64,000 nucleotides of DNA from Phycisphaerae bacterium. GTDB taxonomy: Bacteria > Planctomycetota > Phycisphaerae > SM23-33. The DNA is taken from contig DRGC01000022.1 of NCBI GenBank assembly GCA_011050235.1, forward strand, positions 128,827-192,826, in the 5' to 3' direction. Position numbers and translations under genes: made by a program. This document shows, piece after piece, positions 38,580-48,824 of this stretch. Every line of letters begins with the position of its first letter. Position 1 is the stretch's first letter. Below the pieces are notes generated by a model. The model worked only from the letters and a program-made list of their open reading frames with translations, had not been told where the DNA came from and made no database searches.

Positions 38580-40887
38580 CGACCCCGCGCCCTCCGCAGC
38601 CGGCGCGCCCGCGCCCGGCGCCCCCCCCGTTGCCGGCGAACTCTCGCGCGATCTGAAGCTGTTTCACGTCATCATGATGGGCTTGGGCATGATGATCGGC
38701 GCCGGCGTGTTTGTGGGCATCGGCATTTCCGTTCGCGGGGCCGGCCCCGGCGGGCTGCTGCTGACGTTCGCACTCAACGGGTTGATCGCGCTGTTTACGG
38801 CGATGAGTTTCGCCGAGCTTTCCTCGGCCATTCCGCGCGCGGGCGGGGCCTACAACTTCGCCCGCATCGGCTTCGGCCGGGGGGCGAGCTTCATCGCCGG
38901 CTGGACCGAATGGTTCGCCAGCGCCTTGGCCGGGGCGTTCTATGCGGTGGTCTTCGCCACGTTCACGTTGAGCTTCCTCAACGGAATGTTCGGCTGGGAT
39001 CTAAGCGCGGACCAGCAGCAGGGAGTCGTCAAAATCATCGCCGTCGCAGCCGCCGCCACGTTTGTCTACATCAACTACCGCGGTTCGAGCGAGACCGCCA
39101 AGATCGGCGCCATCTTCACCGTGCTGCAGATGCTGTTGGTCGCCGGGATCGGCGTCACCGGCATCGTCACGGCCTTTGTCCGGCCCGAGCGGCTGGCCAA
39201 CTTCCAGCCCTTCCTGACCGATGACGGGTGGTGGAAGCTGCTGGGCACAATGGGCGTGATCTACGTCGCCTTCGAGGGTTTCGAGGTGATCGCCCAGGCC
39301 GGCGACGAGACCGTCGCCCCCAAACGCAACCTGCCCAAGGCGATGCTCTATTCGGTTCTGATCGTCACGGTGACGTATCTGGCCGTGGCTTTCGCATCGG
39401 TGGTGGCGATTCGATCGGCCGATGGCGGAATGGCCGCCTACGCCACGGCCACCGAGCAAGGGGGCAAGCCGTTCTTCACCGCCGCCGTCGAGCAGTTGAT
39501 TCCGTTCCGTGGGGTCGGCGGGGCGCTGGTGGCGCTGGCGGTGATCTTCTCGGCGACCTCGGCCCTGAACGCGACGATCTACTCGGCCACCCGCGCGTCG
39601 TTCGCCCTCGGGCGCGACGGCATGTTGCCGCCGGCATTCGCCCGCATCTCCACCCGCCGCAAGACGCCCTATGTGGCGCTGACGTTCACAGCCGTGATCG
39701 TGCTGACCGCTTCGGTGCTGATGAACCCCGTACACGGGGCCGCCACCGCCAGCATGATGTTCCTGTGCCTGTTCTTCATGGTGAACCTCTGCGTCATTCG
39801 CATTCGCCTGAACATGGGCGACGAGTTGGAATACGGCTTCATCATGCCGCTGTTCCCGCTGTTTCCTATCCTGGCCATCGTCTGCCAGATCGCCCTGGCC
39901 GGCGGCATCTTCGCCGAGAGCAAGGCGGCCGTCCTCATCGCCGCCATATGGGTGCCCGCCGGCGTGCTGTTCTATCTGCTCTATGCCCGCAAGCGCGCCC
40001 CGGCCGCCGACCACGAAATCCACGTCTTCGAAGAGGCCCCCGAGCCCAAGGGAGACGACTATCGCATCATGGTCTCCGTCGCCAACCCGGCCAACGCGCT
40101 GGAGATGGTCCGCATGACCTACCGCCTCGCCGGCGCCAAGTCGGCCCGCGTGCAACTGCTGCACATGGTGCCCGTCCCGCCCAACGTCCCGCTGCGCGAC
40201 GCCCACAAATACATGCTCGCCGGACGCGAGGCCATAACCGAGACGCTCCTGTACCTCGCGCCGATGTTCCCCATCACCACGACCATGCGGTACTGCCGCA
40301 ACATCGCTCGCGGCATCCTCAGCGCCGTGCGGGACAAGCACGTCGATCTCCTGATCCTGGGCTGGCACGGCCGGAGGCCCGGCAAGGTGTTCCGCCTCGG
40401 CAGCACGATCGATCCGATCATCGAACGCTGTCCGTGCAACGTGCTCGTGCTCAAGAACTGCGGCGGCAACCGCGAGTTCGCTCGCGTGCTCGTGCCCATC
40501 GGCGGCGGCCCCTACAGCGCCTACGCGCTGGAGATGGCCACCATCTTCGCCGAGCAGGAGACCGGCCAGGTCACCGCCCTGACGGTCGCACGCCCCGGCG
40601 ATGAGCCCATGGATCTGGACGAGTTCATCCGCGACCACGCCGACCGCCTCGCCCTGCCGCCCGAGCGGATCACCCCGCGCGTCGTCGAGTCCAACGACGT
40701 CGCCGGCGCCATTCTCGCCGAAGCGGCCGAGCACGATCTCGTCATCCTCGGCTGCACCCGCGAGCCGCTGCTCCACCAGGTGACCCGCGCCTCCCTGCCT
40801 GACCTGATCGCCCAACGCTGCGACAAACCCCTCGTAATGGTCAAAGCCTCCGGCGGCATCCGATCCTGGATCAAACGCTGGATCTAA
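38572..40887 (+). CDS. APC-family amino acid permease fused to two USP domains
   Basis: 'MIGAGVF', 'AELSSAIPRAGG', 'GFEVIA'; USP segments 'IMVSVANP', 'VLVPIGGG'. Confidence 0.92.
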   Translation: MSSDPAPSAAGAPAPGAPPVAGELSRDLKLFHVIMMGLGMMIGAGVFVGIGISVRGAGPGGLLLTFALNGLIALFTAMSFAELSSAIPRAGGAYNFARIGFGRGASFIAGWTEWFASALAGAFYAVVFATFTLSFLNGMFGWDLSADQQQGVVKIIAVAAAATFVYINYRGSSETAKIGAIFTVLQMLLVAGIGVTGIVTAFVRPERLANFQPFLTDDGWWKLLGTMGVIYVAFEGFEVIAQAGDETVAPKRNLPKAMLYSVLIVTVTYLAVAFASVVAIRSADGGMAAYATATEQGGKPFFTAAVEQLIPFRGVGGALVALAVIFSATSALNATIYSATRASFALGRDGMLPPAFARISTRRKTPYVALTFTAVIVLTASVLMNPVHGAATASMMFLCLFFMVNLCVIRIRLNMGDELEYGFIMPLFPLFPILAIVCQIALAGGIFAESKAAVLIAAIWVPAGVLFYLLYARKRAPAADHEIHVFEEAPEPKGDDYRIMVSVANPANALEMVRMTYRLAGAKSARVQLLHMVPVPPNVPLRDAHKYMLAGREAITETLLYLAPMFPITTTMRYCRNIARGILSAVRDKHVDLLILGWHGRRPGKVFRLGSTIDPIIERCPCNVLVLKNCGGNREFARVLVPIGGGPYSAYALEMATIFAEQETGQVTALTVARPGDEPMDLDEFIRDHADRLALPPERITPRVVESNDVAGAILAEAAEHDLVILGCTREPLLHQVTRASLPDLIAQRCDKPLVMVKASGGIRSWIKRWI

Positions 40888-41017
40888 CCCCGCTTGCGAT
40901 TGATTCATGCGCCCGGGCGGCAGATTGCCGAACCGTTTGAAATCCTCCCGGCCGGGCGGTACAAGAAAGCGTCGCAAGACAGGACCCGCGGCCTGGAAAT
41001 GATGTGAGGATTTGACT

Positions 41018-42217
41018 GTGAGCATTCAGATTGCCGATCGTGTCGCTCGCCTGGGGACCGAGACCGCCTTTGCCGTCTCCGCCGAGGCCGCCGCCTTCGC
41101 CGCCCGGGGCAACAAGATCTACCCGTTCCACCTGGGCGACATGAACATCATCACCCCCGCCAACATCATCGAGGCCGCCCACAAGGCGATGATCGACGGC
41201 AAGACGGGGTACTGCTCCAACTTCGGCATTGCGCCGCTGCGCGAGGCGCTGGCGGCCGACATCAACGCCTCGCACACCGCGGACTACACGATCGACAACG
41301 TCGCCATCCAGCCGGGCGGCAAGCCTGTCATCGGCAAGTTTATCCTGGCGATGATGAACCCCGGCGACGAGGTGCTCTACCCCAACCCGGGCTACCCGAT
41401 CTATGAATCGATGATCGAGTTCCACGGCGGCAAGGCGCTGGCCTACGGCTACACCGAGGGGGAGGAGAACTACCGGATCGACATCGCCGGCCTGCGACGG
41501 CTGATCTCGCCGAAGACCAAACTGCTGATCATCAACGACCTGCAGAACCCCACCGGGGCCGAATGCTCCGACCAGGAGTACGATGCCCTTCGCCAGATCG
41601 TCCTCGAAAACGACCTGACCGTGCTGGTCGACGAGGCCTACTTCGACATCCGCTACGAAGGCGCCAGCCGCTCGTTCGCCTCCCTCCCGGATATGGCCGA
41701 GCGCTGCCTGATCCTCTACACGTTCGCCAAGAAATTCGCCATGACGGGCTGGCGGCTTGGGGCGGCCGTCGGGCCCACCGAAATCGTCGATGTCATCGCC
41801 AAGCTGAACGTCAACGATGAGTCCTGCTCGAACCACTTCAACCAGTACGGCGCGATCGAGGCGCTCACCGGCGATCAGTCCGGCGCCGAGACAATTCTCG
41901 AAATCCTGAAAGAGCGGCGCGACGTCACTGTCGACGGCCTCAACGCCATCGACGGCGTGCACTGCTTCTGCCCCCACGCGACGTTCTACCTGTTCCCCAA
42001 CGTCACCGACCTGATGAAGCGCCGCGGCTTCGACGACTACGACGCCTTCCGCCGCGACGCCCTGGAAGCGACAGGCGTATCCTTCTGCACACGGCTGCAC
42101 TTCGGCCGGGCCCTGCCGGGCGAGACCAACCGCTACATCCGCTTCGCCTATTCCGGCATCGACGTTCCAGATATCCGCGACGGGCTGGCCAAGCTGAAAG
42201 CGTACTGGGACAGCTAA
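41018..42217 (+). CDS. PLP-dependent class I/II aminotransferase
   Basis: 'QNPTG', 'DEAY', 'TFAKKFAMTGWRLG', 'YIRFAY'; TTGAAA-N17-TACAAG at 40937-40965. Confidence 0.92.
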   Translation: MSIQIADRVARLGTETAFAVSAEAAAFAARGNKIYPFHLGDMNIITPANIIEAAHKAMIDGKTGYCSNFGIAPLREALAADINASHTADYTIDNVAIQPGGKPVIGKFILAMMNPGDEVLYPNPGYPIYESMIEFHGGKALAYGYTEGEENYRIDIAGLRRLISPKTKLLIINDLQNPTGAECSDQEYDALRQIVLENDLTVLVDEAYFDIRYEGASRSFASLPDMAERCLILYTFAKKFAMTGWRLGAAVGPTEIVDVIAKLNVNDESCSNHFNQYGAIEALTGDQSGAETILEILKERRDVTVDGLNAIDGVHCFCPHATFYLFPNVTDLMKRRGFDDYDAFRRDALEATGVSFCTRLHFGRALPGETNRYIRFAYSGIDVPDIRDGLAKLKAYWDS

Positions 42218-42248
42218 TCGCCCCCGCCACTCGGGGCCGGACAATTCA

Positions 42249-43397
42249 ATGAGCGACACGGCCGCCAACGAGTTGCTTCGAACGCCTTTGCACGGTTGTC
42301 ACGTCGCGCTCGCCGCCAAGCTCGTCGATTTCGCCGGGTGGGAGATGCCCGTCCAGTATCCCACCGGCCCCGTCGCCGAACACCTGGCCACGCGCAAGGG
42401 AGCGGGCCTGTTCGATGTCTCTCACATGGGCCGGTTCAGCGTTGTCGGGCCCGGCGCACTGGCGTTTCTGCGACACGCCCTGACCAACGACGCCGCCGCC
42501 CTGGCCGAATGGTCCGCACAGTACACCCTCATCGCCACGCCGACCGGCGGCGCTGTCGACGACGCGTTTGTCTATCGCAAGGCGGCAGACGAGTATCTGC
42601 TGGTCGTCAACGCCGCCAATCGCGCTAAGGACTGGGCGCATCTCCAAGGTCTGCTTGCCGCCGGCGAGTTCGGCGAGGTCAACCTGACCGACGTAACGCA
42701 CGAGATCGCGATGCTCGCCCTGCAAGGCCCGGCCTCGCAGGAGATGCTCGCGGCGCGGCTGACCGACGGCGCTTTGCCCCAAGCCAAGCGCAACGCCGCC
42801 GGCCAGGCTCATCTCGCCGGCGCAACCGCCCTCATCACCCGCACGGGCTACACCGGCGAGCCGGTTTGCTTTGAGTTATTCTTCCCAGCCGCTCAGGCCG
42901 AGACCGTCTGGGACGCCCTGGTCGAAGCGGGCGCGACACCGGTGGGCCTGGCAGCAAGAGACACGTTGCGGCTGGAGGCGGCCTTGCCGCTGTACGGCCA
43001 CGAACTCGGCCTCGACGCCGACGGCAAGGAGATCCCCATCCTGGCGTCTCCGGCGTCACGGCTGGGCGTTGACCTGTCGACCGAACGGGCCTTCGTCGGC
43101 CGAGCAGCCATCGAAGCCCAGCAACAAGCCCTGCCGAGACGCATTCGCCCGATCGCACTGACCGGGCGCGGCGTGGCCCGCCAAGGCGCCGCGATCAGCC
43201 AAGGAGGCCGGCCCGTCGGCGTCGTCACCAGCGGCACGATGGTCCCGGTGGCGTTGGCCGAAGCTGGCAAACATGACTTCCGGGCCATTGCGCTGGCTTA
43301 CGTTGACGGTCGCCTCGTCGAAGGCGACAACGTCAGCGTCGACGTGCGCGGCAAGGACGTCTCAGCCGTCGTCGTTGCCGGCCATCTAGGACGCTGA
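42249..43397 (+). CDS. gcvT: Glycine cleavage system T protein
   Basis: 'FAGWEMPVQY', 'FDVSHMG', 'RTGYTGE', 'RDTLRLEA'. Confidence 0.96.
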   Translation: MSDTAANELLRTPLHGCHVALAAKLVDFAGWEMPVQYPTGPVAEHLATRKGAGLFDVSHMGRFSVVGPGALAFLRHALTNDAAALAEWSAQYTLIATPTGGAVDDAFVYRKAADEYLLVVNAANRAKDWAHLQGLLAAGEFGEVNLTDVTHEIAMLALQGPASQEMLAARLTDGALPQAKRNAAGQAHLAGATALITRTGYTGEPVCFELFFPAAQAETVWDALVEAGATPVGLAARDTLRLEAALPLYGHELGLDADGKEIPILASPASRLGVDLSTERAFVGRAAIEAQQQALPRRIRPIALTGRGVARQGAAISQGGRPVGVVTSGTMVPVALAEAGKHDFRAIALAYVDGRLVEGDNVSVDVRGKDVSAVVVAGHLGR

Positions 43398-43570
43398 GGA
43401 CCTATAGGTAACCACCGTAATCGGTCGTGACGCTGACATCACCGAGAAGGTACAATCGTTCCGCGGGCGTTTCCGGGAACCTGGATTTCGCTTCAACGAA
43501 AACCCATACGCCGATCGGATTCAGCCGTTGCACGAATTGTTGTAACCGCCGCTGACAGGCCAGGAGCACA

Positions 43571-43966
43571 ATGATGAACATTCCCGATGATCTGAATTAC
43601 ACCGAGCAGCACGAATGGGTGCGCTTCGCCGACGGCGTGGCGACGGTCGGCATCAGCGACTTCGCCCAGGACGCATTCGGCGACCTGGTCTTTGTGGACC
43701 TGCCGCCGCTGGACAAGGAGTTCGTCAGAGGCGACGAGGTCATCGCGATGGAGTCGACCAAGGCAGCCGCCAGCGTCTACGCGCCCGTCAGTGGGAAGGT
43801 CGTCGAGGTCAACGAGCGCCTCGTCGACGACCCGGGGCTGGTCAACAGCGACTGCTACGGCGAAGGCTGGATGTTCAAACTGGCCGCGCCCGACCCGGCC
43901 GGACTGGACGACCTGATGGACGCCGCCGGTTACGAGGCGTTCCTGACCGGGCTGGAAGAAGACTAG
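43571..43966 (+). CDS. gcvH: Glycine cleavage system H protein
   Basis: 'HEWV', lipoyl-Lys motif 'ESTKA'. Confidence 0.96.
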   Translation: MMNIPDDLNYTEQHEWVRFADGVATVGISDFAQDAFGDLVFVDLPPLDKEFVRGDEVIAMESTKAAASVYAPVSGKVVEVNERLVDDPGLVNSDCYGEGWMFKLAAPDPAGLDDLMDAAGYEAFLTGLEED

Positions 43967-43986
43967 CGCCTCGAAGAGGCCGCGAC

Positions 43987-45321
43987 ATGCCATTTATCCC
44001 GCACACCGATGCAGACCGGGCCGAGATGCTGGCCGCCATTGGCGTCGACAGCATCGACGCCCTGTTCGCCGACATCCCGCCCGAGCTGCGCTGCGGCGAG
44101 CTGAACGTCGCCCCCGGGCAAAGCGAGCAGGAAGTCTTCGCCCGGATGCAGCAGTTGGCCTCCCGCAACGCGACGGACCTGACGCTGTTTCTGGGCGGCG
44201 GGTTCTACGATCACTACGTCCCAGCCGCCGTCGACGCGGTGATCACCCGCAGCGAGTTCTACACCGCCTACACGCCCTATCAGCCCGAAGCCAGCCAGGG
44301 CACGCTGCAGACGATCTACGAATACCAGTCCGCCCTCTGTCGCCTCACCGACATGGAGGTCGCCAACGCGTCGCTCTACGACGGCGGGACGGCCCTGTAC
44401 GAGGCGGTGATGATGGCCCTGCGCATCACGGGCCGAAACCGCGTCATCGTCGACGAGGGCGTCAGCCCCATCTACCGCACGATGCTGCGGAGCTATACGA
44501 CCAACCTCGGCATCGAGCTGAACGAAATCCCCACCTCCCGCGGCCGGGCCGACCGCGAGCAGATCCACGAAGTCCTCGGCGACAACACCGCCGCGGTCGT
44601 GCTGGCCAACCCGAACTTCTTCGGCTGCCTGGACGACTTGACCGAACTCGGTGAGGCAATCCACGAGCACGGCGCGCTGATGATTGTCTCGACCTATCCG
44701 ATCGCCCTCGGCCTGGTCAAGACGCCCGGCGCGATGGGGGCCGACATCGTCACCGGCGAAGGCCAGTCGCTGGGCCTGCCGCTATCGTTCGGCGGGCCGT
44801 ACCTGGGCTTCATGACCAGCCTCACAAAGCACGTCCGCAAGATGCCGGGCCGCATTTGCGGCCGGACCGTCGACGCCAAGGGCCGCGAGGGCTTCGTCCT
44901 GACGCTGCAGGCCCGCGAGCAGCACATCCGGCGCGAAAAGGCTACGTCGAATATCTGCACCAACCAGAATCTCTGCGCCCTGACCGCCCTGGTGTACCTG
45001 TCGCTGCTGGGCAAACAGGGGCTGGTCCAGCTCGCCCAGGTGTGCGCCGACAAGGCCCACTACGCCTACGAGCGGCTGATCGCGATCCGCAACGTCCGCA
45101 TGCGGTTCCCGGGCCGATGGTTCTTCAACGAGTTCGTCCTCGAGCTTCCCTCGCCAGCCAAGGTCGTCATCAGCCATCTACTGGAGCGCGGCATCGCGGC
45201 CGGCTTCCCGCTGAGCCGCTATTACGACGGCATGGACAACTGCCTCCTGCTGGCCGTCACCGAGACACGAACGAAAGAGCAGATCGACCGCCTCGCCAGC
45301 GCCGTGGAGGCATCGCTATGA
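43987..45321 (+). CDS. gcvPA: Glycine dehydrogenase subunit 1
   Basis: 'FYTAYTPYQPEASQG', 'REQHIRREKATSNICTN'. Confidence 0.96.
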   Translation: MPFIPHTDADRAEMLAAIGVDSIDALFADIPPELRCGELNVAPGQSEQEVFARMQQLASRNATDLTLFLGGGFYDHYVPAAVDAVITRSEFYTAYTPYQPEASQGTLQTIYEYQSALCRLTDMEVANASLYDGGTALYEAVMMALRITGRNRVIVDEGVSPIYRTMLRSYTTNLGIELNEIPTSRGRADREQIHEVLGDNTAAVVLANPNFFGCLDDLTELGEAIHEHGALMIVSTYPIALGLVKTPGAMGADIVTGEGQSLGLPLSFGGPYLGFMTSLTKHVRKMPGRICGRTVDAKGREGFVLTLQAREQHIRREKATSNICTNQNLCALTALVYLSLLGKQGLVQLAQVCADKAHYAYERLIAIRNVRMRFPGRWFFNEFVLELPSPAKVVISHLLERGIAAGFPLSRYYDGMDNCLLLAVTETRTKEQIDRLASAVEASL

Positions 45322-46775
45322 AGCTGATCTTCGATAAGTCCGTCCCCGGCCGGCAGGCCGTTCGCCCCACCTGCAGCGATATCGATACGCCCGTCGAACT
45401 CGCCCCGCATCTGCTGCGCGACCGCCCGGCGGAGCTGCCCGAGCTGAGCGAACTGGACGTGGTGCGACACTTCACGGCCCTGTCGCGTCAAAACTTCGGC
45501 GTCGATAGCGGCTTCTACCCGCTCGGGTCGTGCACAATGAAGTACAACCCGAAGATCGCCGACAAGGTCGCGCGCCTGCCGGGCTTCGCCGATCTGCACC
45601 CGCTCCTGCCGCAACTGCCCGGCGGGGCGGGCCTGGTGCGCGGGGCGCTGGCTGTGCTGCACAAGTGCGACCTGCTGCTGCGGGAGATCTGCGGCATGGC
45701 CGAGTTCACGCTCCAGCCGCTGGCCGGCGCGCACGGCGAGTTGACGGGCGTGATGATGATGGCTGCCTATCACCGCGACCGCGGCAACGACAAGCGGACC
45801 GTGCTGATCCCCGACAGCGGCCATGGCACCAACCCCGCCAGCGCCGCCATCGCCGGGTTTGCGATCAAGACGATCCCGTCCGACCAAAATGGCCTGATGA
45901 GCATGGACGCCCTGGCCGAGGCCGTCGACGACAACGTCGCCGGCGTGATGCTGACATGCCCCAACACGCTGGGGCTGTTCAACCCCCACATCCACGACAT
46001 CTGCCGAATGATCCACGACGTGGACGGCCTGATGTACTGCGACGGGGCCAATCTCAACGCCATGCTCGGGCGATGCCGCCCCGGCGATCTGGGTTTCGAC
46101 ATCGTCCACGTCAACCTCCACAAAACCTTCGCCACGCCGCACGGCGGCGGCGGGCCCGGCGCGGGGCCCGTAGGCGTGGTCGAGCGGCTGGTCGACTATC
46201 TGCCGATCTCGGTCGTCCGCATGCGGGACGACGGCAGCTACACGCTCGACTACGACCGGCCCAAGTCGGTTGGCTACACGGCCCCGTTCTACGGCAGCTT
46301 TGGCGTGATCACCCGCGCGGTCGCCTACATGCTCATGCTGGGTCGCGACGGACTCAAGGCCGTCGCCGACCACGCCACGCTGAACGCCAACTACATCCGC
46401 TGTAAGCTCCGCGACCATTACGACCTGCCGCACGATCGGATCTGCAAGCACGAGTGCGTCTTCTCCGCCTCGCGCCAGGCCGCCAACGGCGTCCGCGCCA
46501 TGGACATCGCCAAGGCCCTGATCGACCGCGGCATCCACCCGCCGACGGTTTACTTCCCTCTGACGGTCAAGGAGGCGATGATGGTCGAGCCGACCGAGAC
46601 CGAGTCCAAAGAGACGCTCGACACCTTTATCGACACCATGATCGAACTGGCCCAGCTCGCCGAGACCGACCCCCAGGCCTTCGCCGCCATGCCGGCCACC
46701 ACCCCCGTCTGCCGGCTGGACGAGGTCCGCGCCGCACGCACACCCGATCTGGCGTCGCTATCCGACCATGCGTAG
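45318..46775 (+). CDS. gcvPB: Glycine dehydrogenase subunit 2
   Basis: 'PLGSCTMKYNP', 'NLHKTFATPHGGGGPG'. Confidence 0.96.
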   Translation: MKLIFDKSVPGRQAVRPTCSDIDTPVELAPHLLRDRPAELPELSELDVVRHFTALSRQNFGVDSGFYPLGSCTMKYNPKIADKVARLPGFADLHPLLPQLPGGAGLVRGALAVLHKCDLLLREICGMAEFTLQPLAGAHGELTGVMMMAAYHRDRGNDKRTVLIPDSGHGTNPASAAIAGFAIKTIPSDQNGLMSMDALAEAVDDNVAGVMLTCPNTLGLFNPHIHDICRMIHDVDGLMYCDGANLNAMLGRCRPGDLGFDIVHVNLHKTFATPHGGGGPGAGPVGVVERLVDYLPISVVRMRDDGSYTLDYDRPKSVGYTAPFYGSFGVITRAVAYMLMLGRDGLKAVADHATLNANYIRCKLRDHYDLPHDRICKHECVFSASRQAANGVRAMDIAKALIDRGIHPPTVYFPLTVKEAMMVEPTETESKETLDTFIDTMIELAQLAETDPQAFAAMPATTPVCRLDEVRAARTPDLASLSDHA

Positions 46776-48150
46776 CTATGACATCGCCATCCTCGGGGGC
46801 GGGCCCGGCGGCTACACCGCCGCCCTGCGCGCGGCCCAGCGCGGCGCGAGCGTCTGCCTGATCGAGCGCGACGCCCTGGGCGGAACGTGCCTCAACGTCG
46901 GCTGCATCCCCACCAAGGCGATGCTGCACGTCAGCGACTTGGCCTATCGCGCGGGCAACGCATCGGCGATGGGGCTTGCCGCGGGACAGATCGCCTTCGA
47001 CGCCGAGACGTTCGCCGCCCGCACAGCCAGGACCGTCACCGCCCTTCGCAAGGGTGTCGCCAGCCTGCTGAAGGCCCGCAAGGTCGACGTGATCAAAGGC
47101 GCCGGACGTCTGACCGCCCCAACGGCGATCGAAGTCGCCCTCGATAAAGGCCCGGAGACCGTCACGGCGAAATCCGTCATCATCGCCACCGGCTCGCGGC
47201 CCGCCCGGCCGGGCTTCGCGCCGTGGGATTCCGATCGCGTGATGACGACCGACGAAGCCACCACCACCGACGAACTTCCCGCGAGCATTCTGATCGTCGG
47301 CGGCGGCGTGATCGGCTGCGAGTTCGCCACGTTCTACGCCGAGCTGGGTGTCAAGACCGTCCTGGTCGAGATGCTCGACGGGCTGCTCGGGGGACTGGAC
47401 GCCGACGCCGTCAAGGTGGTCACAGCCAGCCTGACCGCTCGCGGCGTGCACATCCGCACCGACGCCACGGTGCAGACCATGTCCGCCGACACGACGGCGG
47501 TCACCACGGAGCTGTCTATCGACCAGACCGTCATCACCCACGCCGCCCTGATCGCGGTGGGCCGACAGCCAAACACGGAGGAGCTTGGCCTGGACGAGTT
47601 CGGCGCAGTAATGACCGACGGCGTCATCAGCGTTGACGACCGGTGTCGCACGAGTATCGATCATCTGTACGCCATCGGTGACGTCGCCTGCGCCAAGCAG
47701 TACGCCCACGTCGCCAGCCGCATGGGCATTGTCGCCGCCGACGCCGCCACGGGCCACGACACCACCGACGATCTGTCCGTCGTGCCCGAGTGCGTCTACA
47801 CGCACCCGGAGGTCGCCTTCGTCGGGATGAGCGAACTCGAGGCCAGCGACGAGTTCGACGACGTGAAGGTCGCCCGCTTTCCGCTGCAGGCGAGCGGCAT
47901 GGCCCAGGCCTACGGCGAGACGGACGGCCTGGTCAAGCTCATCGCCCGCCAGAGCAACGGCCGGGTCCTCGGCGCGCTGGTGATCGGCCCCCACGCCACC
48001 GACACGATCCACGAAGTCGCCGTCGCGATGCGACACGCCCTGACCGTCGGGCAGCTCGCCGAGACCATCCACGCCCACCCGACCTTCGCCGAGACGATCC
48101 ACGAAGCCGCCGAGGCCTGGACGGGCCTGCCCATCCACATGCTGCGATGA
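46768..48150 (+). CDS. lpdA: Dihydrolipoyl dehydrogenase
   Basis: GGGPGG, 'GGTCLNVGCIPTK', 'HAHPT'. Confidence 0.95.
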   Translation: MRSYDIAILGGGPGGYTAALRAAQRGASVCLIERDALGGTCLNVGCIPTKAMLHVSDLAYRAGNASAMGLAAGQIAFDAETFAARTARTVTALRKGVASLLKARKVDVIKGAGRLTAPTAIEVALDKGPETVTAKSVIIATGSRPARPGFAPWDSDRVMTTDEATTTDELPASILIVGGGVIGCEFATFYAELGVKTVLVEMLDGLLGGLDADAVKVVTASLTARGVHIRTDATVQTMSADTTAVTTELSIDQTVITHAALIAVGRQPNTEELGLDEFGAVMTDGVISVDDRCRTSIDHLYAIGDVACAKQYAHVASRMGIVAADAATGHDTTDDLSVVPECVYTHPEVAFVGMSELEASDEFDDVKVARFPLQASGMAQAYGETDGLVKLIARQSNGRVLGALVIGPHATDTIHEVAVAMRHALTVGQLAETIHAHPTFAETIHEAAEAWTGLPIHMLR

Positions 48151-48824
48151 CGACGCTGATCCGCATCGACCTGCCGACGTGCGACTATGATTCCGCCCTG
48201 CGCCTGCAGCGCCGGCTGGTCGCACGCGTCGCGGCCGACGACACGGCTGCGTATCTGATCCTCACCGAGCACGACCCGCCGGTGATCACGCTCGGGCGCC
48301 GCGGTAGCTCGAGCGATATCCTTGCATCCCCGCAGCAACTGGCCGACAGCGGAACCGAGGTCCGCCGATCGGGCCGCGGCGGGCTGGCGACCTGGCACGG
48401 GCCGGGCCAACTGGTGGCGTATCCCGTCCTGCGGCTGGACCGCGGGCGCCGGAGCGTTCACGGACACGTGCGCAATCTGGAGGAAGCCGTCCTGCAAACA
48501 CTCGCACGCTTCGATCTGGCCGGGCGGCGACGAGATGGCGAGGCCGGCGTCTGGGCCGGTGATGCCAAGATCGCCTCAGTCGGCGTGGCCGTTCAGCGCT
48601 GGGTGAGCTTTCACGGCGTCGCGCTGAACGTGTGCAATGATCTGTCTGCGTTCGAGATGATCGTCCCCTGCGGCCGACCCGGCGGGGCCGTGACCAGCAT
48701 GACCGAGATGCTCGGGCGCGAGGTGTCCGTCGAGGATGTCGCGGACAGCTTTGCCGAAGCGTTCGCCGATATCTGCGGGTTCGACGAAGGGCCAACCCTG
48801 GCCGATGGGGAGATGGACGCATGA
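48147..48824 (+). CDS. lipB: Octanoyltransferase
   Basis: 'RGGLATWHGPGQLVAYP', 'KIASVG', 'IVPCG'. Confidence 0.94.
   Translation: MTTLIRIDLPTCDYDSALRLQRRLVARVAADDTAAYLILTEHDPPVITLGRRGSSSDILASPQQLADSGTEVRRSGRGGLATWHGPGQLVAYPVLRLDRGRRSVHGHVRNLEEAVLQTLARFDLAGRRRDGEAGVWAGDAKIASVGVAVQRWVSFHGVALNVCNDLSAFEMIVPCGRPGGAVTSMTEMLGREVSVEDVADSFAEAFADICGFDEGPTLADGEMDA

Noticed and set aside
43398..43570. Glycine riboswitch between gcvT and gcvH
   Set aside because: No GGAGA / CCGAAG / CTCTCAGG conserved elements.
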